Shown in pieces: positions 18,099 to 29,991 of a DNA stretch of 64,000 nucleotides; the stretch's first letter is position 1, and the number at the start of each line of letters is the position of its first letter. The stretch lies in assembly GCA_963664195.1 (NCBI GenBank), contig OY760907.1, forward strand, positions 1,024,001 through 1,088,000, read 5' to 3'. Source of the stretch: an uncultured candidate division Zixibacteria bacterium. Its GTDB lineage: Bacteria; Zixibacteria; MSB-5A5; GN15; FEB-12. Position numbers and translations under genes: made by a program. Below the pieces are notes generated by a model that saw only the letters and a program-made list of their open reading frames with translations, was not told the DNA's origin and made no database searches.

Positions 18099-21074
18099 CT
18101 ACTTGACGCCCGGTTTCAAAACGACACCGCGGTGACTGTGACCGTTCATCCGCACGGTGATCGGAACATCCAACGTAATATGTCTTGTGAATGTCGCCCG
18201 ACTCGTCTCCGGCTGGGTCTTCAGCCACGACCAATCGATAGCTTCCTCGTCAACATTGGAATTCACCGTAAAGTAGCCGATCATGAACGATGTCAGATTC
18301 TGAAAGAAATGCGATCCCTGCGAAGGCACTACCTTGAAATCCCGGAACCCGGTTTCCACTATCACTCGCGCGCCGGCAATCTGATCCCAGCTTACCGGAA
18401 TACCCAGCCAGGGGTCTGCCGATCCCCAACGACCAACACCGATCAAGAGATACGGAATGCCATCGGCCATCAGGCGGGCGTTGTACTGTGCAACTTCACC
18501 GGCCACATCCCGGCTTCGACCGCGATCAAACGTTTGAAAATCCACCATAATGATATCGCGTATATCATCGATCTGCCCGTTGCCCAGAACCTGATCGCTG
18601 TAACAGACTAAATCTTCCTTCTTGTAGCCGTCGACCTGAAGCTCGTCGGACTCCCGACTGGTCACCAAAGGACGAATCTGCAAAAACGCAAAATCTTTCT
18701 GGCCGGGGCGACGGTCTGACTTGCTTACCGCAAACTCCATCTCCGCAGCCGTATTGATCCCCAGCCGTCCCAGATCCATGATGAGCTGTATGACTTCCGG
18801 AAGCGGCATCAGATCACTCTTGAGAATCGGCGCAAACGTGACAAGACGCATCCCTTTGCGGGAAATACCGTCATAGATGGCATCGTTCTCGGCAGAAAAT
18901 GTCGAACCGACCGCCGCCAGTGTGCCATCTGCCTCGGCAACTTCAAGCCCGAGCTTCAACAGAGGCATCTCATTGCTGGAGTCGAAATCGTCATCCGGTT
19001 CCTCGACACCAAGAGCATAGAACCATTTCTGACTGTAGTTGAGCGTAGACTTGGTATCGGAAAACTGTATCAGGTGACGCGGGTATTTTGGACAAAACCG
19101 TACCGCCAGTTCACCCTCAACTACCGGCTTGCCCAGACCCAGAGCGACCGATACGATACCATCGGCGGCCACCATCGGTTCAGTCGGGTAGAAATTGTGC
19201 GATCTGATTACGCCGGAGAACTCCGGATAGAACCGCTCGCCGTACCTATTGCCGACCAGCTTCTGGATGATGACGGCCATCTTCTCTTCTTCAAGCCGAT
19301 ACGAGGTCGCCCGGATATACCCCTTCGACATGCGAGAGTAGGTCGAGGCATACACGCGCTTGATCGCCGAGGTCAATGCTTTCAGCCGAACGGCCAGATC
19401 AGGGTGATTATTGGGCAGCATTTCTGTCAAGTAAATGCCGGCAAAAGGCTGGTAGCGCGAATCCTCCAGCAGACTGGATGACCGCACGGCAATCGGGTAA
19501 TCGACCAACTCCAGATACTCAGTCAGACGGGCACATGTCTCCTCCGGAAAGGGGGACTCCATGAACTTCTCGATCACTTCATCATCGTCTGTGCTGCGGA
19601 TAGCGAAACCGCGAAGGTGGTTCTTCTCCAGGAACTGATCAAAGGTGTCCGTCCCCAGGACCACCGCGGGCGGCACGGCGACTTTCAAACCGCTGAACCG
19701 ATTGTTAATTCGGTAGCTATTAAGCAAACTGTTTATGAACGCCAGACCGCGGGCTTTCCCGCCGAGCGAACCACCGCCGATACGGGCAAAACTCGAAGTC
19801 GGGTCAAACGTGCGGGCGTCGAAATCCGACGTCAGACCTTCCTTCTGCTCGCGGCGGAATCGACGCAGCGCTTGGATGAGATGATTGCGAAGCTCGGCCG
19901 GCGACCCAAAATCGGTAATCTTGCGCGGACGAAGCTTGTGGGCCAGCCAGAACTCGGTACGTGCCTTCAGCCAGCGCGAGAAATGGTTCCGCTCAGCGTG
20001 GTACAACAAACACTCATCGGGAATCTCAAGCAAAGCCTTCTCGAGGGTTGAGAGATCCGACGCGCGCGTCACTTCACGGCCATCCGGCATGTAGAATACA
20101 AAATCTCCGAAGCTGAAGTACTGCTTCATGAAGTCCCGAACCCTGCGCAGCAGTACGGGAGATCCCTTTTCGACGAACGAAACGTCCATGTCGTCAGCTA
20201 CCTGACGGTACTCAGCGGAGTCCGATTGCAGCAGAATCGGCACATCGAAATGCGTTTTCCGTATCTCACGGGCCAGGCGAATACCGGCCTCGGGGTCCTT
20301 CTCCCCTTTGTTCGGAAACTCGATGTCGGATATGACGCCGAGAATGCAGTCCTGGTATTCCTCGTAGTAACTCCAGGCTTCCTCGTACGTCGAGCACAAG
20401 AGTATCTTCGGACGAGCACGCATCCGGAGGAGCTTGTGCGCCATGTTAACGCCTTCGGAAATGAGACTCTGGTGATGTTTGAGCACCTCGGTATAGATTA
20501 ACGGCAAATACGAGGAATAAAAATTGACGTTATCCTCAACGAGAATGATTGATTGCACACCGATGAGATTGGTGTCTGCTTCAAGGTTCATCTGATCTTC
20601 GATAAACTTGATAATCGCAATCAGGATCTGGAAATCGCCCTGCCAGATAAACACTTTCTCGAATATGGCAAACTCCGGACGCCCCAATTCCCGCAGCTCA
20701 CGCTTGTCATACGTCAACAAAACCAGCGGAGTGTCAAGACCGGCCTCGCGCGCCAGCTTTGCAAAAGCAGGTGCGTCCATATCACCGAGGTTCATCGTGG
20801 TTATGATCAGATCGAAGTGCCCCTGTTCCACGGCGAGCTTGAGGGCCGCCTTTCCGGAAGAAACACGCGTGATATCCGGAGCGTTACTCAGGTTCAGATC
20901 CAAGTAGCCGGACAGGATTTGCTCGTACAACCGACCGTCTTCTTCGAGAATGAAGGAATCGTAGAGACTGGAGACCAGCAGGACCTCGCGGACCCGGTAT
21001 CTCATCAGGTTTTGGAATTCGTGGAAGGGGCGACGGTAACCAAGCTCGTCGACCAGTTTCTCGATACTCTCCAT
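18099..21074 (-). CDS. Receiver-like domain(s) fused to a PEP-synthase/PPDK N-terminal (ATP-grasp) domain
   Basis: GSLGGKARGLAF, AVRSSSLLEDS...FAGIY, MAVIIQKLVG, GLGKPVVEG and LQIRP motifs. N-terminal receiver-like segments. Start set to ATG 21074. Confidence 0.8.
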   Translation of the reverse strand: MESIEKLVDELGYRRPFHEFQNLMRYRVREVLLVSSLYDSFILEEDGRLYEQILSGYLDLNLSNAPDITRVSSGKAALKLAVEQGHFDLIITTMNLGDMDAPAFAKLAREAGLDTPLVLLTYDKRELRELGRPEFAIFEKVFIWQGDFQILIAIIKFIEDQMNLEADTNLIGVQSIILVEDNVNFYSSYLPLIYTEVLKHHQSLISEGVNMAHKLLRMRARPKILLCSTYEEAWSYYEEYQDCILGVISDIEFPNKGEKDPEAGIRLAREIRKTHFDVPILLQSDSAEYRQVADDMDVSFVEKGSPVLLRRVRDFMKQYFSFGDFVFYMPDGREVTRASDLSTLEKALLEIPDECLLYHAERNHFSRWLKARTEFWLAHKLRPRKITDFGSPAELRNHLIQALRRFRREQKEGLTSDFDARTFDPTSSFARIGGGSLGGKARGLAFINSLLNSYRINNRFSGLKVAVPPAVVLGTDTFDQFLEKNHLRGFAIRSTDDDEVIEKFMESPFPEETCARLTEYLELVDYPIAVRSSSLLEDSRYQPFAGIYLTEMLPNNHPDLAVRLKALTSAIKRVYASTYSRMSKGYIRATSYRLEEEKMAVIIQKLVGNRYGERFYPEFSGVIRSHNFYPTEPMVAADGIVSVALGLGKPVVEGELAVRFCPKYPRHLIQFSDTKSTLNYSQKWFYALGVEEPDDDFDSSNEMPLLKLGLEVAEADGTLAAVGSTFSAENDAIYDGISRKGMRLVTFAPILKSDLMPLPEVIQLIMDLGRLGINTAAEMEFAVSKSDRRPGQKDFAFLQIRPLVTSRESDELQVDGYKKEDLVCYSDQVLGNGQIDDIRDIIMVDFQTFDRGRSRDVAGEVAQYNARLMADGIPYLLIGVGRWGSADPWLGIPVSWDQIAGARVIVETGFRDFKVVPSQGSHFFQNLTSFMIGYFTVNSNVDEEAIDWSWLKTQPETSRATFTRHITLDVPITVRMNGHSHRGVVLKPGVK

Positions 21075-21126
21075 CGTGTATCTCCAGCATCCGCAGCGTG
21101 GCGGCCTATGTACGCAGTTCAAACCT

Positions 21127-21222
21127 CGTAGAGCGGATCTGTCTTCGAATCCGCCACCATCCCCAAGCCGAATCCTTCCGATTTGGTCCTTTCAGCAGTT
21201 CTGAGGACAGACCTGCCCTACG
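21127..21222. repeat. Inverted pair of GTAG-type REP-like elements
   Basis: cgtagagcggatctgtcttcgaatccgc at 21127 and, on the reverse strand, cgtagggcaggtctgtcctcag at 21201-21222. The latter matches 36771-36792 at 20/22. Confidence 0.6.
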
Positions 21223-21257
21223 AAGACAAGAAAGCCATGTCTGCCGGTAAAAGTACG

Positions 21258-21288
21258 AAACGGGGTGGCTAAAAGCCACCCCGTTTTT
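21258..21288 (-). terminator. Hairpin downstream of gdhA (probable intrinsic terminator)
   Basis: AAACGGGGTGGCT-N3-AGCCACCCCGTTT perfect 13-bp inverted repeat. Confidence 0.7.
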
Positions 21289-21314
21289 AAGGCGAGTTTG
21301 TATGGATGCGGGAA

Positions 21315-22691
<1,377 letters not shown>

Positions 22692-23140
22692 CTATTGACA
22701 TTTGCTGTTTTCCGATCGGGGAGGGCAATCCTTACCCATCGCAAACAGATCTACTTCATTTCCTGTGGTCCAATATCGAGATTAGAGCATATGCATCAAT
22801 CAGTGAAAACCCCCATTTGTCCGAGGGAAAGTACCCACTGCTCCTGTGCCTGTGTCGGCTGCCGCAGCTGGCCGGGTCTCTTCATCTCGTTTTCCGTCAA
22901 CAACTTAGCCAAATGCTCCGGAAGCCTTCCGATCGTGCAAAATACACTCTAGTCGTGACCGGACAAATTCTTCCAATTGCTGTGGAAATCCTGCAAAATG
23001 CCGAAACTATATGAAAAGGGCGGCAGTGGAGGATACTGTGTTTCGGGCGTATGCCGATGGAGCGTTTTCGCATCGATCCAGGCCGCAATTGGTGTGCTGA
23101 ATTGCACCCACCGTTATGGAGCAAACAAGGAGGGCATCTT

Positions 23141-24694
23141 TTGAAGATCCGATTCCGTAATGCGGCAATACTCTGCTTATGTCTCACAATAATCGTCGCC
23201 GGGAATACCATCGCTCAAGATCTGCAACCGATCCTTGACGCCGTGAACAAACTTGACACCAGGCTCAAGGCAGCAATTGAAAAGGAAGCTCAAACCAGAG
23301 CCGACGAAATCGCTGCTCTAAGATCTGAAATCCGCCAGCTCAAATCATCACCGACCGGAGTGAACGATAGCGACCGCCTGGGAGTGATCGAAGCGAGGAT
23401 TGACTCCCTGCTGACCATAACGGCAACTCCGTCGGATGTGACTCCAACCGTGACGCCGGAAAGCCTCGCTGCCCTCTCCGCTGAAATCCTATCGCTCAGA
23501 ACACACGTCGCAGAACTCCAGAGTGAACTCACACAGGAGAATGAACCGGAAGTCCCGGTTGCCACGGCAGACGAACTAGCTTCGCTGGGCCAGCGTCTTG
23601 ACAGCCTGAAGCTCCAATTCGCAGAAACCAGAGATCACGAGGTCGAAGAACCTGCGCACGGTGACACCCGGATCCACGGCAAACTCTATAGCCACGCGGT
23701 TGCCGACGTGACCGACGGTGCATCAAAGTCCAACGAATTTGCTGTCTCCCGCGCATATCTGACTTTCATATCCGAGCTATCGAGAAATGCCTCGATGCGT
23801 ATTACGACTGACTTCAAGACAATCGACGAAAGATATGACGTGCTCGTCAAATACGCATTCCTGAACTGGGAATCACACTTTTCCAACGGAACCTTCGGTA
23901 TTCGCCTTGGACTCCAACCCACTATGTATCTCTATGGAATGGATGGCATTTGGGGACACCGATACGTTGAGGAAACCATTCTGGAACGCGAGCACATTCT
24001 GACCCCGTCAGATCTCGCCGCCACGGTCTCATTCGGAATCGGCGAGAACGCCAAACACGGCATCTTCAGTCTGGCCGTGCTCAACGGTACAAGCTACACA
24101 CAGGTATCCGAAGAGAATGGGCGTAAGGACGTAAACGCAGTGCTGTTTACTCAACCGCTGCAGAGTGTTCCCTCCCTGGAGAAGAGTGCCTTCGCCGCTC
24201 AGGTGTATTACGGCACCCAGAACGAGTCGCTGAATGATCTCACGGTCATAGACACTGCGGGTCCCACGCCCGATACAACAGTCATTGAAGTCGAAGCCTC
24301 CGATTGGAAACGGACTATCGTATCGCTCGGCGGCCTTCTCGCTGTCAACTCGCGGCTGGACCTGGGGTTCGACGTGAACCTCGTCACCCTTGGCGACGGG
24401 CCGGAGCGGGTGAACGTTTCTCAACGCGCAACATCGATATTCGCCACGCTTCATCTCAGAGAGTTTGTGAGTGAGAAGTCCAAACTCCGTCACTTGAGTC
24501 TGTTCGCCCGCAGGGACTTCTACGACCCCGATACGGAGTCGGATCGTGACGACCTTACGGCCACAATTCTGGGAATCGAAAGCGCTCCGCTTGCAGGCCT
24601 GAAGATAGCCTTGAATTACCGGGTCGATACGTTCGACGACGACAATCTGGCCGACCAGAAGCAACTGTACGTGAACACACTTTTTATGTTTTGA
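23141..24694 (+). CDS. Outer-membrane beta-barrel (porin-like) with an N-terminal coiled-coil extension
   Basis: AAGGAGG RBS before TTG 23141, signal peptide, coiled coil, then alternating beta-strands (FAVSRAYLTF, VKYAFLNW) and a C-terminal Phe. Confidence 0.65.
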   Translation: MKIRFRNAAILCLCLTIIVAGNTIAQDLQPILDAVNKLDTRLKAAIEKEAQTRADEIAALRSEIRQLKSSPTGVNDSDRLGVIEARIDSLLTITATPSDVTPTVTPESLAALSAEILSLRTHVAELQSELTQENEPEVPVATADELASLGQRLDSLKLQFAETRDHEVEEPAHGDTRIHGKLYSHAVADVTDGASKSNEFAVSRAYLTFISELSRNASMRITTDFKTIDERYDVLVKYAFLNWESHFSNGTFGIRLGLQPTMYLYGMDGIWGHRYVEETILEREHILTPSDLAATVSFGIGENAKHGIFSLAVLNGTSYTQVSEENGRKDVNAVLFTQPLQSVPSLEKSAFAAQVYYGTQNESLNDLTVIDTAGPTPDTTVIEVEASDWKRTIVSLGGLLAVNSRLDLGFDVNLVTLGDGPERVNVSQRATSIFATLHLREFVSEKSKLRHLSLFARRDFYDPDTESDRDDLTATILGIESAPLAGLKIALNYRVDTFDDDNLADQKQLYVNTLFMF

Positions 24695-24727
24695 TACTCG
24701 AGACGTTTCAACGAATAGGGGAAGACA

Positions 24728-26752
24728 ATGAAGGGATTTAAGAATCTGAGGATAGCCACCAAGTTGTATCTTGGTTTTGCTGCAGTGCTACTGATGCTGT
24801 CGGCCGTTGTGTACGTGTCTGATGTCACTTTGCGGGCAGCTGTCGACGGTTTTAGCTTCACTATCGACGTGCCGATTGACGGCATGGAGAGGATGGCTGC
24901 GGTCGACGTCCAGATGCTTCAGGCGCGACGTTCGGAGAAGGACTTCCTGCTTGAGAAGGATATCAAGCACGTGCCGGAAGTTGATCAGGCAATCGACGAC
25001 CTTACTGAAAACGTTGCTTTCGTTCGCACTCTCGCGCAGAGAGCCAAGAGAGATGACGCGGTCGCTGCGCTCGACGCCCTCGTCGATAACGCAAGTCTGT
25101 ACCGGCAGGCCTTTCATACTGTAGTAGAAGACTGGAAAGTCATCGGACTCGACAACAGTTCCGGGCTCCGGGGGAAGATCGGAACAACCGGCCAGGCTCT
25201 GGAGGCCGTGTTGTCAGGAGCGAACCAGCCGGAGTTGACCGCTAATCTTCTGCAAATACGCATGGCTGAGAAGAACTATCTTCTGACAAGTGATAAGAGG
25301 CATTTTGAGAACGCCATAAGCCTGCTGGCAACCGCGCAAATCAACGCAATAGGAAGCGGGCTGACCGACGACGCTCGTCAGTTGCTGAAATCGAACGCCA
25401 CCAATTACGAAAGCACCTTTAGCCGTCTCGTCACGGCAAACGAACATATCACCGGAGATGTTGCTGCAATGCGGGAAATCGTCAACACGCTCGAGCCGAT
25501 GATAGCACAAGTGCATTCGATGGCCAATGAAGACGCTGTCAACGCCATCGCTGCCACCAAGCAGATTGTGGCTGATAACGCCAAAGTGCCAATCTACCTC
25601 GCGGTGCTCGCTTTCGTCCTGGGAGCAGGTGTTGCCTGGTACATCGCCCGCAGTGTCTCCAAGCCGATTTCCAAGGTTGTTGAACTGACTGATCGTATGA
25701 ACAGTGATTTCGCACAGTTTGTCGATGTTGTCGAGACTATCGCCAACAACGATTTCACCCAGGAGATCAAGGAAACCAAAATCGAGAGCATCGGGATCGA
25801 CTCCAAAGACGAGATCGGTCAGCTGATCCGCGCCGTCGAGGGCAGCCTGGAGGCGAAGTCCAGCATCGGAAAAGCTCTCACCAAGATGACTCACAATCTC
25901 ACCGGTATGATCAGATTGATCAACGAAAACGCCGACCAGTTGGTTGCGGCCGCTACCGAGATCTCGTCCTCATCCGCGCAGATGTCCAAGGGTGCCGCGG
26001 ATCAAGCCGAGCAGATTGTGCAGGTCTCGAGTGCTGTCGAAGAAATGACAGCAACGATACTTGAATCGTCACAGAATGCCGGCGAAGCTACCGAGGCCTC
26101 CCGGAGCGCCTCCGACACCGCCACCAGCGGCGGCGAGATAGTCAGCGGTACAATCGAAGGAATGCAGAAGATTTCCGCGGTCGTCGGCGAATCTGCTCAA
26201 TCAATAGGCAAGCTGGCCAAATCAGCCGACCAGATCGGTGAGATCATCAGCGTGATCGACGATATCGCCGACCAGACCAACTTGTTGGCGCTCAATGCAG
26301 CAATTGAGGCCGCGCGCGCGGGCGAACAGGGACGTGGATTCGCAGTCGTCGCCGACGAGGTCCGTAAACTGGCCGAGCGCACTGGCAAGGCCACCGGAGA
26401 AATCTCCGGCATGATCAAGGGTATTCAGTCTGAAACCGAAGATGCGGTTGCATCCATGGAGTCAGGCATAAACGAAGTCGAGGCAGGACGCGAGCTGGCC
26501 GACAAGGCCGGAGCAAGTCTGGGACAGATTGTTACCATGTCGCAGAGCGTCATGGATATGATCCAACAGATAGCAACCGCTTCCGAGGAACAGTCCGTTG
26601 CCGCTGAAGAGATATCAAAGAATATCGATTACATCTCTTCGGTGACCAAGGAAACTGCCAACGGGGCCGAGCAGTCAGCTACTGCCGCCGAGCAACTCAA
26701 CCATCAGGCCGAAGGTCTGAAACAGATGATGAGTCAGTTCCGGGTCCAATAG
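24728..26752 (+). CDS. Methyl-accepting chemotaxis protein with a bimodular helical sensor domain
   Basis: TM-sensor-TM-HAMP layout with the [40 protein letters not shown] signalling signature. The sensor has duplicated [10 protein letters not shown] / [10 protein letters not shown] motifs. Confidence 0.95.
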   Translation: MKGFKNLRIATKLYLGFAAVLLMLSAVVYVSDVTLRAAVDGFSFTIDVPIDGMERMAAVDVQMLQARRSEKDFLLEKDIKHVPEVDQAIDDLTENVAFVRTLAQRAKRDDAVAALDALVDNASLYRQAFHTVVEDWKVIGLDNSSGLRGKIGTTGQALEAVLSGANQPELTANLLQIRMAEKNYLLTSDKRHFENAISLLATAQINAIGSGLTDDARQLLKSNATNYESTFSRLVTANEHITGDVAAMREIVNTLEPMIAQVHSMANEDAVNAIAATKQIVADNAKVPIYLAVLAFVLGAGVAWYIARSVSKPISKVVELTDRMNSDFAQFVDVVETIANNDFTQEIKETKIESIGIDSKDEIGQLIRAVEGSLEAKSSIGKALTKMTHNLTGMIRLINENADQLVAAATEISSSSAQMSKGAADQAEQIVQVSSAVEEMTATILESSQNAGEATEASRSASDTATSGGEIVSGTIEGMQKISAVVGESAQSIGKLAKSADQIGEIISVIDDIADQTNLLALNAAIEAARAGEQGRGFAVVADEVRKLAERTGKATGEISGMIKGIQSETEDAVASMESGINEVEAGRELADKAGASLGQIVTMSQSVMDMIQQIATASEEQSVAAEEISKNIDYISSVTKETANGAEQSATAAEQLNHQAEGLKQMMSQFRVQ

Positions 26753-26775
26753 CTTCGCAGACATAATGTTTTGAT

Positions 26776-26810
26776 AATCGCCGTCGGGATCACACCGGCG
26801 GCGGTTTTTT
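26776..26810 (+). terminator. Intrinsic terminator after the MCP gene
   Basis: ATCGCCGTCGG...CCGGCGGCGGT stem followed by a T-run. Confidence 0.7.
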
Positions 26811-26887
26811 ACTGTTTGCCAGAATCATCATATGTCAGGCAATAATACGCATCACCGGCACTGGATATCCGCCGGTCAGAGTCGAAC

Positions 26888-27544
26888 CTAGGGCTGGATC
26901 AAGTGATTGCGAATACAATACTTAACGATATCCGTAACATTGCGGGCGTTGAGCTTTTTCATGATCGAGGCTCTGTGGGTCTCGGCAGTCTTGGGACTAA
27001 TGCTGAGAATGTCGGCGCACTCTTTTGTGGAGTAGCCGTCGGAAAGGAGTTTCGCAAGTTCGCGCTCGCGTTGAGTCATCACGCCGCCCGGGCGTTGATT
27101 CTGAAGGAGTGGCTTGACATACTCCGCAACCATGTCCTGCCCGGCCGGACCCGACAGATAATAATCGCCGCAGGCCGCCTTCTGCGTAGCATAAACCAAC
27201 TCCTCGAAACCGCAGCTTTTGGATAAATAACCGCGAGCACCCGATTCAAACGCCTCACGCATCTGGGCCTCACTCTGTACAGTGGACAGAAAAAGAACCT
27301 CTGTCTCGGGATGAAGCGACCGAATCCGTCGACAGGCCTCAATGCCGCTCAGCCCCGGAAGGATTACTTCCAGGATTACCACATCGGGTCGATGCAGAGA
27401 CGTCAGCTCAACGGCGTCGGTGCCGTTTGCCGCCTCGCCCAGAACCTCTATATTCCTGCAATCCCGAAATTGCGCAATTAGGCCCTTGCGAAATAGCTCT
27501 ATCTCGTCTACTACCAGCAGTCTGATGCTCTTATTCAGTCTCAT
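26888..27544 (-). CDS. NarL/LuxR-family response regulator
   Basis: Receiver domain plus a LuxR HTH (MTQRERE...ISPKTAETHRASIMKKL). The phospho-acceptor position appears to be E (DVVILEV). Confidence 0.9.
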   Translation of the reverse strand: MRLNKSIRLLVVDEIELFRKGLIAQFRDCRNIEVLGEAANGTDAVELTSLHRPDVVILEVILPGLSGIEACRRIRSLHPETEVLFLSTVQSEAQMREAFESGARGYLSKSCGFEELVYATQKAACGDYYLSGPAGQDMVAEYVKPLLQNQRPGGVMTQRERELAKLLSDGYSTKECADILSISPKTAETHRASIMKKLNARNVTDIVKYCIRNHLIQP

Positions 27545-27740
27545 AAGTCAATGTCCATTATAGGGCTAACCGGCGAGAATTCCAATTTCTTTCTGGCTCA
27601 ATCCCCTTTCAAAACGGTCGTCTTTGTCTGCTGACGTCGACCTTTCTTTCCGCGCAAATCAATTGCCAGTGACAATCCATGCCTGTATACTGCAGGAGTT
27701 CATTCGGAGAAGGCCACCCTGGGGGCCGGAAAAGGATTTC

Positions 27741-29795
27741 TTGCACCAACGCGTACTCATTGCGGTCGCTGACGGCGCCCGCGCGGATTTGATGAAGCAG
27801 CTTCTGGATAGCGGCGAGCTGCCGAATATCCAAGAGCATGTTGTCGCACGGGGCAGCTTCAAAACCGCCTTGACCGTCTTCCCCAGCACAACCGGCCCCG
27901 CCCACATTCCGTTTGTTACCGGGCTGCATCCCGGGACAGCGAATATACCGGGCTATCGCTGGCTCTGTCGCAAAACTCATGATAATCATCGCCGAAGTAT
28001 CTTCCGTCATCGCAGCCTCAATTCCCCCCGGGGACTGGTTGTCGGCCGCGATATGGACCCGGAGAAATCGACCTCCCTGTTTGAGTATTTCGCAAATCCC
28101 AGCTCAGTCCTCGAACTGATCGACTACTGCCCCGACCAACCGCTCTACAAAGTTGTGGTCAGACGGCTGCTGCGCATTGTTCAAGCGCACAGATCGGATG
28201 ACTGGAGCCATGTCGACAACATGGTCGAAGAACTGATTATCAAACGAATCCGGGCCGGCAGCGAGTGCATCGTGGGCAGCTTTTTCGGCATCGACGAATA
28301 CTCGCACCTGTATGACCCGTTCGATGATCGCACAAAAGCCGCCTACCGAAATATCGATTCCGCAATTGGGCACATCGCCGACGTACTCAAGACAGAAGGC
28401 GTCTACGACGAGACTATTATAGCTATCGTCTCCGACCACGGTCTCAGTGCGACCACCGTACATATTCCCTTGGTGGACATCGTGACCGAACACGGCTTTG
28501 ATCCGTACTTCTATCCCAAACTGTATCGCCGTCGGCGCGACTGCGCGGTCATGGAGAGCGGCAATGCCATGGCGGCGTTGTATTTCAAGCACGACAGCGA
28601 TTGGGGCAACCACTGGCGCTGGGACGAAATGGACAAAGACAAGCGCATCAGCAAACTGATCACCACCCTTCGCACAACCAAAGGCGTATCATTTGTCGGC
28701 GGACGATACGGCAACAACGGAGTCATCTGGGCCGGAAGAAACGGCAAGATTATGGCAAGCAGGGTCGACGGGCATTACAACGTGCGGATCGAGGGAGACT
28801 GTCCGCTCGGAGAGCATCCGGTCGGACGGTTCACGCCCGAAGAACTTTTTGAGCAAACCTTCAATCACACTTACCCGGATGCGATCAATCAGTTGTTCAT
28901 GTTGCTGGCTTCTCCGCGATCCGGAGATCTTGCAATCTCCTCTGAGCCGGGCTATGACCTTCGCCTGCAACACGAAGATCCAGAGCATCATTCCTCCCAC
29001 GGCTCTCTGCACCGTGAACATATGCAGGTGCCGCTGATGACTTCAGTACCGCTGGGCAGCGGCTGCGTCTCGAATTACGACCTGGTTCCGACAGTCTTGG
29101 AGCTTTGCGGCAAAACAGCAACGAAGCCTCTCGACGGTGTGTCCCGAGTCGAGAAAGATGAATTTCCGAATCTCCCCTCCCCGGTTGCCGGGAATGAGAA
29201 CACTGAAGTGTCTGTAGCTACCGGTGGCAACCTCGGCACTATTCTCACGACGATTGCTATCATTCTAAGCGGCCTGGTCATATCTGCCGTTTTCAAAGAC
29301 GACATCCTCTCGTTCGGCGAACACCTGATGGTCACTTACGGAGAGAGTTGGGTCGATGTCATCCTGACGGTCGTGACCGCTATCAGCAGCACACCGTTGG
29401 CGCTGCCAATCTGGGCGTACGAGTTGATCGGCATTGCACTGGGATACAGTGTCCTCCGCATCTCGATTTTCATGGCTCTCGGATCGGCTACCGGATCGCT
29501 GGTGACTTTCTTGCTGGGGAAGCATTTTGGCAACGGACAATGGGTGAAGAAACGATTCCCGAACGTGCACAAACACCCCTGGGCCAAAGGAAAATCAAGA
29601 CGGGTAGTCTCTCTACTCTTGTTCCTGGGTACAGTATCGCCGATTCCCTGCGATGTCTTCTACGTCGCATGCGGGGCGAAGAAGTATCCGACGGTCCCTT
29701 TCTGGCTGATCATGGTGGCCGCTCGATTTGTGCGCTACATTTATATGGGATACGGATTCCTGTACTTCCGCGAGTTCTTCGACTATTTCCTGTAG
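27741..29795 (+). CDS. Alkaline-phosphatase-superfamily (nucleotide pyrophosphatase/phosphodiesterase) domain fused to a C-terminal VTT/DedA membrane domain
   Basis: ADGAR, TVFPSTTGPAH, IDEYSH, VSDHG and HGSLH metal/nucleophile motifs. C-terminal GSATGSLVTFLLG...PIPCDVF...ARFVRY. Probable TTG start at 27741 after AAGGA; the track starts at 27624. Confidence 0.8.
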   Translation: MHQRVLIAVADGARADLMKQLLDSGELPNIQEHVVARGSFKTALTVFPSTTGPAHIPFVTGLHPGTANIPGYRWLCRKTHDNHRRSIFRHRSLNSPRGLVVGRDMDPEKSTSLFEYFANPSSVLELIDYCPDQPLYKVVVRRLLRIVQAHRSDDWSHVDNMVEELIIKRIRAGSECIVGSFFGIDEYSHLYDPFDDRTKAAYRNIDSAIGHIADVLKTEGVYDETIIAIVSDHGLSATTVHIPLVDIVTEHGFDPYFYPKLYRRRRDCAVMESGNAMAALYFKHDSDWGNHWRWDEMDKDKRISKLITTLRTTKGVSFVGGRYGNNGVIWAGRNGKIMASRVDGHYNVRIEGDCPLGEHPVGRFTPEELFEQTFNHTYPDAINQLFMLLASPRSGDLAISSEPGYDLRLQHEDPEHHSSHGSLHREHMQVPLMTSVPLGSGCVSNYDLVPTVLELCGKTATKPLDGVSRVEKDEFPNLPSPVAGNENTEVSVATGGNLGTILTTIAIILSGLVISAVFKDDILSFGEHLMVTYGESWVDVILTVVTAISSTPLALPIWAYELIGIALGYSVLRISIFMALGSATGSLVTFLLGKHFGNGQWVKKRFPNVHKHPWAKGKSRRVVSLLLFLGTVSPIPCDVFYVACGAKKYPTVPFWLIMVAARFVRYIYMGYGFLYFREFFDYFL

Positions 29796-29912
29796 GGAAC
29801 GGCAGACATGGTTTGGCACTCTTGTGTTGTCATCATCCGGTAGCCTGCCCGTCCCAAGTAGTACTCCAAGTCACTTCCCAACAACAACATAGCCAAATCC
29901 ACACAAAAACCC

Positions 29913-29956
29913 TTGACAAACAATGTTCTTTGTCGATATTGTTAACCAACTGGTTA
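29913..29956 (+). promoter_or_regulatory. Sigma70-like promoter with an adjacent palindromic operator (probable TetR site)
   Basis: TTGACA at 29913, TATTGT at 29937 (18-nt spacer) and TAACCA-AC-TGGTTA at 29943-29956, upstream of tetR. Confidence 0.65.
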
Positions 29957-29991
29957 GTTTAACCTTCTAGTTATCGTGAAACAGATAGAAA

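Noticed and set aside
21144..21159. TTCGAATCCGCCACCA resembling a tRNA 3' end
   Set aside because: The acceptor-arm spacing is too short and no cloverleaf forms. It is the 3' arm of a REP-like hairpin.
24692..24694. TGA of the first porin as another Sec read-through candidate
   Set aside because: The protein already ends in a C-terminal Phe, an in-frame TAG follows within eight codons, and the MCP gene starts just after.
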